A stretch of 58,073 nt of DNA from Clostridiales bacterium (lineage in GTDB: Bacteria; Bacillota; Clostridia; Christensenellales; Aristaeellaceae). A model generated the notes under the pieces. The model made no database searches, was not told the origin of the DNA, and worked only from the letters and a program-made list of their open reading frames with translations. Location of the stretch: the NCBI GenBank assembly GCA_012513645.1, contig JAAZBU010000050.1, positions 1-58,073 of the forward strand, read 5' to 3'. Below, one piece after another: positions 37,966 to 46,245 of the stretch. Position 1 is the first letter of the stretch. The number at the start of each line of letters is the position of its first letter. Both the position numbers and the translations under genes were made by a program.

Positions 37966-38823
37966 TCAACCCTTCACCGCCCCGAATGATAACCCCCGAA
38001 CCATATTTTTCTGCACAATCATCGCAAAAAGCAAGACCGGCATGATCGATACTGTACCGACCGCAGACATCTCTCCCCAGGCAACCCCCTGAATGGACAA
38101 GAACATCTGAACAATCGTTGGGGTGGTCACAGACTTGATGCTTGTCAGGAACAGGGCATAGACAAATTCATTCCAGGAGCTGATGATGCAGAAGATGGAT
38201 GTAGCGATCAGGCCAGGCTGAACCACCGGCAGCACAATTTTGTAGAGCGTTTGGAGCGTGGTGCAGCCATCCACCTTCGCTGCTTCCTCAAGTTCCTTTG
38301 GGATTTCATCAAAGAATCCCTTCATCATCCAAACCGTAAAGGGGATATTGAAAATCATGTAGGTGATAATCAGCAACAGCCTTGTATCCAACATGCTACC
38401 GAAGCGTGCAATCACAAAAATCGGAATGACTATCGCAACGGAAGGGATCATGCGGACCGCCAGCAAAAAGAACATCAGCCCCCGCATCCGCTTCACCTTG
38501 AACCTCGAAAACCCATAGGCCGCCAGTGTGCCAAAGAACAAAGCTAAGAACGTAGTTGAAAGGGAGACGATGGCGCTGTTGATCAAAAACTTGCCCAGAT
38601 TCTTCTCCGCGAACACACTGACATAGTTTTCAAACACCGGCTGAAAAATCCACACCGATGGATCATAGGTATATATTCTTTCCTTCAGGCTGATGATGAT
38701 CATCCAAAACAGTGGGAACACCGCCCATATGCTCATAAGGATAATGCCTACATAGGTGAAGGTCTGCTTTGCACCACGAGAAGCCATAAGCCGCCTGCGT
38801 GCCCGAATCTCCTCTGCCCGCAT
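37966..38823 (-). CDS. Carbohydrate ABC transporter permease (CUT1 type)
   Basis: Six TM helices with an EAA-loop region ..EELEEAAKVDGCTTLQTLYKIVLP.. Confidence 0.85.
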   Translation of the reverse strand: MRAEEIRARRRLMASRGAKQTFTYVGIILMSIWAVFPLFWMIIISLKERIYTYDPSVWIFQPVFENYVSVFAEKNLGKFLINSAIVSLSTTFLALFFGTLAAYGFSRFKVKRMRGLMFFLLAVRMIPSVAIVIPIFVIARFGSMLDTRLLLIITYMIFNIPFTVWMMKGFFDEIPKELEEAAKVDGCTTLQTLYKIVLPVVQPGLIATSIFCIISSWNEFVYALFLTSIKSVTTPTIVQMFLSIQGVAWGEMSAVGTVSIMPVLLFAMIVQKNMVRGLSFGAVKG

Positions 38824-38827
38824 GTCT

Positions 38828-39754
38828 TTATCCTTTCTCTTCGCTGCTCATCAGCTTGATCATGCCCAGGCTGATGATACCGACCAGAACAATGAGAATA
38901 ACCGAAATCGCCGACGCACGGCCAACCAATGTCGTCACGCCAAAGCCCGTCCTGTAAATATGAAGGCCAATGAACTCGGTGATGTTACCTGGGCCACCCT
39001 GCGTGAGCACATAGGGCACATCGAACATTTTCAGCATGTCAATGCTGCGAAACAGCAGCGTCAGCAGGATGAGCGGCTTGAGCATTGGCAAGGTTACATA
39101 CATCAATACCTGGCGGCCATTGGCGCCATCAATAACTGCGGACTCGTACGGTTCCAGAGGCAGTGACCGAAGCCCCGCATATAACGTCAGTGTAACATAG
39201 GGCGTCATTGACCATATATTCACCAGCAGCACAGAGGGCAGCGAGTTATCCTTATCCAACCACACCACACTGAAATTAAAGAGCTTTTTCAAAAAATAGT
39301 TGATGACCCCAAACTCAGCGTTCAGCATAAGTTTCCATATCTGCGAAGCAATACTGGGAGTCATGGCGATGGGAACTAATAAGCAAGCTATTGCGAGGCC
39401 CCGGAACTTGATGTCCCGATTGAGCAAAGAGGCGCAGAAAAAGCCTATCAACATTTGAAGAACCGTCGCAACAACCATCATTCCTACGCTAATGCCCAGG
39501 GAGTAATAGAGCAATTTGTTTGTGCCAAACAGCAGCCGGTCATAATTGCGCAGGCCAATCCATTTGAAGCTGTCTGCCGGCATGGCAAGTTCATAATTAG
39601 TGAAGCTGAGAAGCACAACCGCAATGAAGGGAACTGCCACCAGTAACACCATAACGACCATTGCCGGCGCGACAAACGGCATATATCGGCGGGTATTATG
39701 CAAATCCCGCGAAGTGGCGCGTTTATCGGTGTGAATGGATACGCCGTTAGACAT
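38828..39754 (-). CDS. Carbohydrate ABC transporter permease (CUT1 type)
   Basis: Six TM helices with EAA loop ..YESAVIDGANGRQVLMYVTLP... ATG 39754 follows GAGGGAGG. Confidence 0.85.
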   Translation of the reverse strand: MSNGVSIHTDKRATSRDLHNTRRYMPFVAPAMVVMVLLVAVPFIAVVLLSFTNYELAMPADSFKWIGLRNYDRLLFGTNKLLYYSLGISVGMMVVATVLQMLIGFFCASLLNRDIKFRGLAIACLLVPIAMTPSIASQIWKLMLNAEFGVINYFLKKLFNFSVVWLDKDNSLPSVLLVNIWSMTPYVTLTLYAGLRSLPLEPYESAVIDGANGRQVLMYVTLPMLKPLILLTLLFRSIDMLKMFDVPYVLTQGGPGNITEFIGLHIYRTGFGVTTLVGRASAISVILIVLVGIISLGMIKLMSSEEKG

Positions 39755-39776
39755 TTGACCTCCCTCTTCAATCCAT

Positions 39777-39830
39777 AAGGCCTGTGGAGCCGGTGTTTTA
39801 CCACCAGCAGGAACCGGCCCCACAGGCCTT
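39777..39830 (-). other. Large intercistronic stem-loop between the binding-protein and permease genes
   Basis: 18-bp stem (17 paired): AAGGCCTGTGGAGCCGGT / ACCGGCCCCACAGGCCTT with an 18-nt loop. No U-tract follows. Confidence 0.6.
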
Positions 39831-39856
39831 TCTCACTGTTTCAGGTGTGCCTTGGT

Positions 39857-41209
39857 TCACTTGTCCTCAAGGAATTCCACCATTTCGGCCTGTGCCTGGT
39901 CACAAGCTTCCTGGATGGTCAGTTCTTCAATCATTGCCTTGGAGATGTAAGTGCCCGCAATCGCCATGATGTCATTGGTGTATGTAAAGTCCGGGTTGTA
40001 TTTTACCCCGCGGTCGATCAGAGCCAGTGCATGATCCAACGCCTCAAGCTGTTTGGGATAAGTCCAGTTATTCGCGGCCAGCACTTCATCGGTATAGATG
40101 GAGGTCCGGCAGGGAATGCCACCATTTTCCACGTAGGTTTTTGCGGTTGGCTTGCCCGTCATATACACGATGAACGCCCAAGCCAAATCAGCCTTTTTGG
40201 AGTCGGCGGGAATCGTAAAGTTCCAGCCGGCAAGAGCGCCACTCTGACCTTTAGGTCCATCAGGCGTTGGAACAAAGTCAACCACTTCAGATATTGTGCT
40301 CGTGCTGGGATCAATCACCTTCCCGGTCAGGGCGGTAGCATCCAGCCACATAGCCGCCTTGCCCTGGATAAAGGCAGACAGGGCTTCCTCGTGGGAGTAA
40401 GTGGTCACATCCGGCGGCGCGTTCTTGAGGAGTTCTACAAAAAACTCCACAGCGGCCATCGTATCCGGGGAATTGAATTCCGGCTCAAATGTAGTCGGGT
40501 TTACGAGTGCCGAATCGGTAAAGGCATAGGCTACTGACATGAAGCCAGACCCATTCTGCCTGCCGGATGCTGCGCGCATGGAGACACCATACAGCCCCTC
40601 CTCCTTGCCGTTAAAGAAGCGGGCCAGCTCAAGGAACTCATCCATCGTCTTCGGGGGCTGCTTCCCATACTTCTCAAACAAATCGGTACGGTAGCCCACA
40701 TAACGGGTTTCACCTGCAATCGGAATGCCCACCGTCACACCCTTGGACGTGCCAATGCCCTTGCTATATGCAGGGAGCAAGTCCGCATAGTCATACCATT
40801 CAGGGGTTTTAACGGCATCTGCAAGGTAGTCATCCACAGGAATGATAATCTGTTTTCCGTAGAATTCGGGGATGCTGGCTGCATCGACGGCAAAAATGTC
40901 ATAGTTGCCGGCCTTGCCGGTGCCCTCAATAAGGGCCGTGTTCTTGAGGGTCCCATCGGTGATGATGCGGAAATTGACTTTGACGCCGGTGAGCTCTTCA
41001 AAATCCTTATAATACTTCAGCATAGCATCGATGGAAGGATGTGCGCCAACGAGCAGATTCAGCTCTTGGCCCTCATATTGCGATTTGATGTGTGCTCCCC
41101 AGGCTTCAACAGTAGATATGTCGGGCGCGGTTGCAAATACACTTGGCACAAGCGCAAGGATCAGCAACAGGGAAAGCAGGAACGACAGGTTTCTTCTTGC
41201 GGTTTTCAT
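39857..41209 (-). CDS. ABC transporter extracellular sugar-binding protein (family 1)
   Basis: A signal peptide, then ~420 aa of bipartite SBP architecture. AGGAGGAAA RBS. Confidence 0.85.
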   Translation of the reverse strand: MKTARRNLSFLLSLLLILALVPSVFATAPDISTVEAWGAHIKSQYEGQELNLLVGAHPSIDAMLKYYKDFEELTGVKVNFRIITDGTLKNTALIEGTGKAGNYDIFAVDAASIPEFYGKQIIIPVDDYLADAVKTPEWYDYADLLPAYSKGIGTSKGVTVGIPIAGETRYVGYRTDLFEKYGKQPPKTMDEFLELARFFNGKEEGLYGVSMRAASGRQNGSGFMSVAYAFTDSALVNPTTFEPEFNSPDTMAAVEFFVELLKNAPPDVTTYSHEEALSAFIQGKAAMWLDATALTGKVIDPSTSTISEVVDFVPTPDGPKGQSGALAGWNFTIPADSKKADLAWAFIVYMTGKPTAKTYVENGGIPCRTSIYTDEVLAANNWTYPKQLEALDHALALIDRGVKYNPDFTYTNDIMAIAGTYISKAMIEELTIQEACDQAQAEMVEFLEDK

Positions 41210-41251
41210 AGTTTCCTCCTGATAATAATCTTACGCCGATTCAGCACTGAA

Positions 41252-42094
41252 TCAGCATAGAAGCGGAAGTAAAAAGTCGCGCGCATCCTGGATAATCCGC
41301 GCTACGGGGTTTTCCATCATCGGCGGGTCACATTCCAGTTCCCGCTCGATGGTCACATATCCTTGATATCCAATTTCTTTCAGCTTGGCTATAAACATAG
41401 GAAAGTTGACAAGGCCTTTTCCAATATCAACTTCCTTGCCTAAGCTGAACCCGTCGGTGGGGTACAAAGCATCCTTTGCATGTACCCCACGTATATATGG
41501 GGCAAGTATGCTGACTGCATCTACAGGGTTCGCTTTTCCGTAGTGCAGAAAATTGGCAGGGTCAAAATTTACACCGACATTCTCGCTGCCTCTGCGACGC
41601 AAATCCTCAAACATGCGCAGCAATGTTGTCGGCGTTTCCTGGCCAGTTTCAAACAACAGCACTTGTCCGTCTTTTGCCAGCCGTTTCGCTATGAGGTCAA
41701 CAGCCACAATCGTACCAGTATAGAGCGGATCGTTAGGATCTTCTGGGAGGAACCCGAGATGTGTAGCAACATACTGGACATCCAGCGCTTTAGCAAACTT
41801 AGCCCCCTCTAAAACCTGTGTAATTCGACGATCTCTATATGCCTCAGGCACAAGCCCCACTGATATTGGCCCGTCGTAGAAATTCCATGCCACAGGCGGA
41901 TCAAAGCCAGCCCAGAAGTGTGTTAAAACAATACCTGTTTCTTCCAATACATCTTTCAGCACCTGAAGCCATTGGTCAGTGTAATAAGCCGGCGTCCAGA
42001 ATGATAACTGAATATTGTCAAACCCCATCGCCTTAATGTCCAGAATACGCTCTCGTATCTTGTCTTCCATCGCCAGCACAATCCCAAGCTTCAT
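41252..42094 (-). CDS. Xylose-isomerase-like TIM-barrel protein (sugar phosphate isomerase/epimerase family)
   Basis: ~280 aa with ..ATHLGF.., ..LLFETGQE.., ..GVNFDPANF.. and ..HAKD..E. metal-ligand spacing. ATG 42094 follows GGAGGATAAG. Confidence 0.8.
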   Translation of the reverse strand: MKLGIVLAMEDKIRERILDIKAMGFDNIQLSFWTPAYYTDQWLQVLKDVLEETGIVLTHFWAGFDPPVAWNFYDGPISVGLVPEAYRDRRITQVLEGAKFAKALDVQYVATHLGFLPEDPNDPLYTGTIVAVDLIAKRLAKDGQVLLFETGQETPTTLLRMFEDLRRRGSENVGVNFDPANFLHYGKANPVDAVSILAPYIRGVHAKDALYPTDGFSLGKEVDIGKGLVNFPMFIAKLKEIGYQGYVTIERELECDPPMMENPVARIIQDARDFLLPLLC

Positions 42095-42123
42095 CGGCTT
42101 ATCCTCCAAACTAAAAGCTGAAG

Positions 42124-43323
42124 TCACACCAAAAATAGTTCCCCTCGCATGTCCTTCCCAAACTCAAAATGGTGATCCATATAATAACCGGCAGCCCCCT
42201 GCAGCTCAGCGCTCTCATCCACCTTGGCAAACCGTATATCAACATCTGAAGTGAATTGCGAAAAACCAATGGTGCTGACCGCATCCCTTACGTGGTTCAG
42301 ATAGGGGACCCCCAGATTCATCCCATAGCCGCCAATCACCACTACTTCCGGATGAAAGAGCGAAATCAGGTTGCTCAGGCCAAACGCCAGACGCTGCGCC
42401 AGTTCTCGAATTACCTCTAATGCCTGCCCGTTGCCATGGCTGGCCAACTCGCCCACGTCCCTGAACTGGACTTCCCTTGTTGCAGGAACCTGAGCCTCCA
42501 GCCCATAGGCTTGCACCATCTCCTGCAAGACACCTTCCCCAATCATGCGCTCTATGCATCCCTTGCTACCACAACTACAGGCAGGCCCATTCCGATCAAT
42601 GGACATATGCCCAAACTGCATAGCCATGCCATTCGCACCACGCATCATCTGCCCCTTATGAAGCCAAACAGCCCCAACGCCTTTTCCGATATTCACAAAG
42701 ATGCTATTTTCCTCCTGCGTCTCACTGGCCAGGTTCTCGGCATAGGCATAGCACGCGGTGTCATTCAGGATAGCCAACGGCGTCCTTGGCAACAGCTCTC
42801 GCAGGCGCAGAATATTGTTTCCTTCATTTTCGGGCCGAAGGACGGTAGAAACAATTTGTTGTCGCTTATCATCAACGATGGAGGGAACTACAATACAAAC
42901 CCCTAAGATACGCCCCTTCATCGGCTCCAAGAGCGCGTTCTCCTGCAACAAGCATACTGTCTCTGCTACATGATCGTCATAATCTGAAAGGTGCCGCTCA
43001 ACCCGCTCGATAACCTCCATCCGGGTATTCACCAGCGCTCCGATCAACTTATTGCGATACCAGGAGACGACATGAATATAGTTATGATCGGCATTAACAG
43101 CCAAAATGCTGGGCTTCCTCCCCATGGCGGTATTGACATCTATGCCACATTCAACAAGGAAACCATTGTCCAGCAGTTCGTCCACCATGTCCGAGATGGT
43201 GGTTTTACTCAGATTCGTATATTTGGCCAACTGAACCCGTGAATTGACCAACTCACGGCCAATAAGCGAATAGATTGTCTTGATGTTGTCATACCGGAGG
43301 GCGAGTCGGCTGCTCGTCTGCAT
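42124..43323 (-). CDS. ROK-family transcriptional repressor (XylR/NagC-like)
   Basis: An N-terminal wHTH (..LAKYTNLSKTTISDMVDELL..) and a ROK sugar-kinase-like domain with the zinc motif CSCGSKGCIE. Confidence 0.85.
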   Translation of the reverse strand: MQTSSRLALRYDNIKTIYSLIGRELVNSRVQLAKYTNLSKTTISDMVDELLDNGFLVECGIDVNTAMGRKPSILAVNADHNYIHVVSWYRNKLIGALVNTRMEVIERVERHLSDYDDHVAETVCLLQENALLEPMKGRILGVCIVVPSIVDDKRQQIVSTVLRPENEGNNILRLRELLPRTPLAILNDTACYAYAENLASETQEENSIFVNIGKGVGAVWLHKGQMMRGANGMAMQFGHMSIDRNGPACSCGSKGCIERMIGEGVLQEMVQAYGLEAQVPATREVQFRDVGELASHGNGQALEVIRELAQRLAFGLSNLISLFHPEVVVIGGYGMNLGVPYLNHVRDAVSTIGFSQFTSDVDIRFAKVDESAELQGAAGYYMDHHFEFGKDMRGELFLV

Positions 43324-43341
43324 AGCAATCCTGCTTTTAAA

Positions 43342-43362
43342 TTAGTTCGTCCATTAGACTAA
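43342..43362. promoter_or_regulatory. Candidate ROK-repressor operator (imperfect palindrome)
   Basis: TTAGTTCGTCCATTAGACTAA has terminal TTAGT/ACTAA arms and lies 5 nt downstream of the -10 box. The arms recall Bacillus XylR operators (from memory), but the spacing differs. Confidence 0.3.
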
Positions 43363-43366
43363 CTAT

Positions 43367-43395
43367 ATGATAGCATTGTATTCTGGATTTTGCAA
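43367..43395 (-). promoter_or_regulatory. Candidate promoter of the ROK/sugar-uptake operon
   Basis: Minus strand: TTGCAA, 17-nt spacer, TATCAT, within an AT-rich 268-nt spacer. Confidence 0.55.
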
Positions 43396-43591
43396 CACAC
43401 AACAAAAAAATCTACAGCACAATGTCCATGCCTGCGGAGATTGAATGAAGGAACAAGTGCGCAGTTAATCTGAAGCTTTTTCCTTCCCGCAAAGCCGAAA
43501 GAAGAAAACTAAACAACACTTATATTGACTGGAAATCAAAATAGAAGGAAGAGCTCCAATTCATGGAATCACTTCTAAGGCGAATTGAATA

Positions 43592-44479
43592 TTAATGCAC
43601 TTCTGCAGACGAGAGCCTCTGTTCCTCCCGGCGCCCCGCCCGGCCGCTCAGATAGGTGGCCAGCAAAATGACCGCCCCGCCCAGCATCTGCCTGGGTGTG
43701 AAAGGCTCTTGCAGAAAAAGGGCGGAGCCAATCACGGCCACCAGCGGGTCGATAAAGCTGAGGATGGCAATCTCCCGCCCTTTGAGGCCCTGGATGGCCG
43801 TAAAATACAGGCAGTACATCAGCCCTGTGTGCACCAGCCCCAGCGTGAGCAGCGCCAGCAGCGCGCGCCCCGCCAGGGGCTGCGTGAACGCGCCCCCGCC
43901 CAGCAGCACATAGGATACCAGCACCGCAATGGCCGCGATGAACTGCAACAGCGTGCGGTGCACGCCGCCCACATCCTTGATCAGGCGGTTGAGCATAACG
44001 ACAGAGGCATACAGCATCGCCGCCAGCAGGCCGAGCAGCACGCCCAGCGCCGGGTTGGCGCTGCCGGCACCCGAGGTATTGACAATCAGCGCCAGGCTCA
44101 ACATGGACATCAGCAGGCACAGCAGTTGAAACCGGCTCATCTTTTCGTGCATCAGCAGGGCGCTGAGCACCATCACCAGCAATGGGGCGATGTTGTAGCT
44201 CAGCGTCGCCACGGACACCGTGGTGTAGCGGTACGCCTCAAACAGGGCCACCCAGTTGAAGCCCATCAGGGCGCCTGACAGCAGCAGCAACCCGCCGCCC
44301 CGCAGCCCGCGCAGGCGCACGGGCTTGCGCACCAGCGCCAGGTACAGGGCGATGGCCGCAGCCGCCAGCACCGCGCGGGCCAGGGCAATCTCCCCGCTGG
44401 TCAGCGGGATCATCCGCACAAACAGCCCCACCGTGCCAAAGGTGGACATGCTGAGAATCATCAGAAGCTTCGATTTCAT
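43592..44479 (-). CDS. EamA/DMT-family transporter
   Basis: ~10 TM helices. ATG 44479 forms an ATGA overlap with the stop of the upstream GNAT gene. Confidence 0.8.
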   Translation of the reverse strand: MKSKLLMILSMSTFGTVGLFVRMIPLTSGEIALARAVLAAAAIALYLALVRKPVRLRGLRGGGLLLLSGALMGFNWVALFEAYRYTTVSVATLSYNIAPLLVMVLSALLMHEKMSRFQLLCLLMSMLSLALIVNTSGAGSANPALGVLLGLLAAMLYASVVMLNRLIKDVGGVHRTLLQFIAAIAVLVSYVLLGGGAFTQPLAGRALLALLTLGLVHTGLMYCLYFTAIQGLKGREIAILSFIDPLVAVIGSALFLQEPFTPRQMLGGAVILLATYLSGRAGRREEQRLSSAEVH

Positions 44480-45135
44480 GTGCTGCTCGATTCTTTGTTT
44501 GATGTGGCCGCCTGCCACTCCTCCCGCAGCAGGGCATAGTAGGCCATGTCTGCGGCGCGGCCCTTGATGAACACGCTGCCCCGCTGCACCCCCTCCAGGC
44601 GAAAGCCGGCACGCTCCATCACCCGGCCGGAGGCAGGGTTGAGCACGTCATGCCTGGCCTCCACCCGGTGCAGCCCCAGCGTGTCAAAGGCAAAGGGCAG
44701 CAGCGCGCGCAGCGCCTCGGTGGCCAGGCCTTTGTTCCACAGGCGCCGGGCGATGGAGTAGCCCACCTCGCCGGTGCCTTTGTGCGCATCAATCCACTGA
44801 AAGCCGATGGTGCCGATCATGCGCGCCTCGCCCTTGAGCTCTATGGCAAAGCTGCCCGGCCCGCCGCGGCGGTTGCGCCGGATGAGGCTGTGCAGCGTAT
44901 CCCGGCTGTCGCGCACGCTGGCATGGGCATCCCACAGCACGTAGCGGCAGTTTTCCGCATCCCGGGCAAAGGCATATAGGTCATCCGCGTCCCCCATGCT
45001 TGGCGGGCGCAGCAGCAGCCTGCTGGTCTCCAACACCGGCAGGCTGCGAAAGGCAGCGCGCAGCCGTTCCAGCGAGGCTGCTTCCTCCTTCATCTCCTCC
45101 GGCAAGGTAAATAGCCCTTGCAAAAAATGCATCAT
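44476..45135 (-). CDS. GNAT-family N-acetyltransferase (RimJ/RimL-like)
   Basis: Contains ..LETSRLLLRPPSMGDADDLYAF.. and ..WNKGLATEALRALLPFAF.. Confidence 0.8.
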   Translation of the reverse strand: MMHFLQGLFTLPEEMKEEAASLERLRAAFRSLPVLETSRLLLRPPSMGDADDLYAFARDAENCRYVLWDAHASVRDSRDTLHSLIRRNRRGGPGSFAIELKGEARMIGTIGFQWIDAHKGTGEVGYSIARRLWNKGLATEALRALLPFAFDTLGLHRVEARHDVLNPASGRVMERAGFRLEGVQRGSVFIKGRAADMAYYALLREEWQAATSNKESSST

Positions 45136-45309
45136 TCAGACATATGGGACACTTAGGGGCGCCCCGGCAGTTTCCGGCGTATTTCTGGTGGTATAGGGTG
45201 AGCGCGCGTAGCGGATGGCCCCGTCAATCGCCAGCCACAGGCCCAGCCCAAACAACACAATCAATATCAACAGCCAAATCCGATAGGCTGCGCTGCGTTT
45301 CTTTTTCAT
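45136..45309 (-). CDS. Possible small membrane protein (57 aa)
   Basis: The sequence is MKKKRSAAYRIWLLILIVLFGLGLWLAIDG... AAAGGATAAGG lies upstream. The stop abuts the GNAT start. No homology was recognised. Confidence 0.35.
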   Translation of the reverse strand: MKKKRSAAYRIWLLILIVLFGLGLWLAIDGAIRYARSPYTTRNTPETAGAPLSVPYV

Positions 45310-45389
45310 GGGTACCTTATCCTTTCGCGGCATATCAAACGAAAACGGTAACGCAAGGATGGACGCAGGATTTTTTCGTCTGCGTGAAG

Positions 45390-45420
45390 CCAAATAAGGA
45401 AGGCGTAGTGGCGCTACGCC
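45390..45420 (-). terminator. Weak candidate terminator after the NUDIX gene
   Basis: 7-bp stem GGCGTAG / CTACGCC with a 5-nt loop, followed on the minus strand by TTCCTTATTT. Confidence 0.4.
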
Positions 45421-45470
45421 GACCGAGAGAGGCAATGCGCAGGCGGAAAAAGACAAGTTCCATTGCAGCG

Positions 45471-46106
45471 TTAAGGTTTGAGTTTGGTATTAGCAATAGG
45501 TTGGCGCGCCATGCGCCTGAAAGGCGGCAGCCCGTCTCCGTAGCGCGGCTGCATGCGCTGCGCCAGCGCCTGCTGTGCCATCAGCAGGCCCAGGCAGGTC
45601 TTGGCATCGCGCAGCTCGCCCGCCATCACGCGGCTGACGGCCTCCGTCAGCGGGATTTTCATCAGCCGCAAAAACTCATCTTCATCGGCATGCGCCTCAT
45701 GCTGCGTCAGGTCGGTCGCCAGGTAGAGGGCAATCTGCTCGGTGCAAAACCCGGGCGTGGTGATGACGTGGTTAAGCTTTTGCCAGCGGCCCGCGCGCAG
45801 GCCGGTCTCCTCCTCCAGCTCGCGCTTGGCGCAGCTGAGCGGGTCCTCTTCAGCGTAATCCAGCTTGCCCGCGGGGATCTCCCAGGTGAACAGATCCAGC
45901 GCCACGCGGTGCTGGCGCACCAGCGTCACCATGCCCAGCGCATCCACCGGCACCACGGCGGCAGCCCCCTTGTGCAGCACAATCTCCCGCGCGGCCTCGC
46001 GCCCGCCGGGCACGGCCACCCGCCACTTCTCCACCCTGATGATGGCCCCGTCATAGATGGTCTGCCCATCCAGATATACTTCCCGCAGGCTGTCATCGCC
46101 GATCAT
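45471..46106 (-). CDS. NUDIX hydrolase (ADP-ribose pyrophosphatase-like)
   Basis: The Nudix box is GKLDYAEEDPLSCAKRELEEETG. ATG 46106 lies 8 nt after GGGGGAG. Confidence 0.85.
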   Translation of the reverse strand: MIGDDSLREVYLDGQTIYDGAIIRVEKWRVAVPGGREAAREIVLHKGAAAVVPVDALGMVTLVRQHRVALDLFTWEIPAGKLDYAEEDPLSCAKRELEEETGLRAGRWQKLNHVITTPGFCTEQIALYLATDLTQHEAHADEDEFLRLMKIPLTEAVSRVMAGELRDAKTCLGLLMAQQALAQRMQPRYGDGLPPFRRMARQPIANTKLKP

Positions 46107-46245
46107 GCGCAAGGCTCCCCCTTTTCAGATTCCACTCGTTGTTGTATTCGCCGTGTCAGGAGGATTTCCTGCCCCTGGCCGGTGCTTGACACCGTTTCCC
46201 GCCGCCTCTATCATGGCAGCAGAGAGAAAAAAAGGAAGTGCTGTC

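Noticed and set aside
43324-43591. AT-rich spacer searched for IS ends, att-like direct repeats matching 36796-36955, or a small ORF.
   Set aside because: Only an 8-mer (AAATCAAA) is shared with the left flank, which is consistent with chance. The longest ORF is ~24 codons with no RBS.
45310-45456. Upstream part of track ORF 45136..45456 (106 aa).
   Set aside because: This portion spans two hairpins and the NUDIX terminator region and has no RBS. Only the distal 57 codons, starting at MKKKRS with an RBS, are plausible, and even that call is uncertain.
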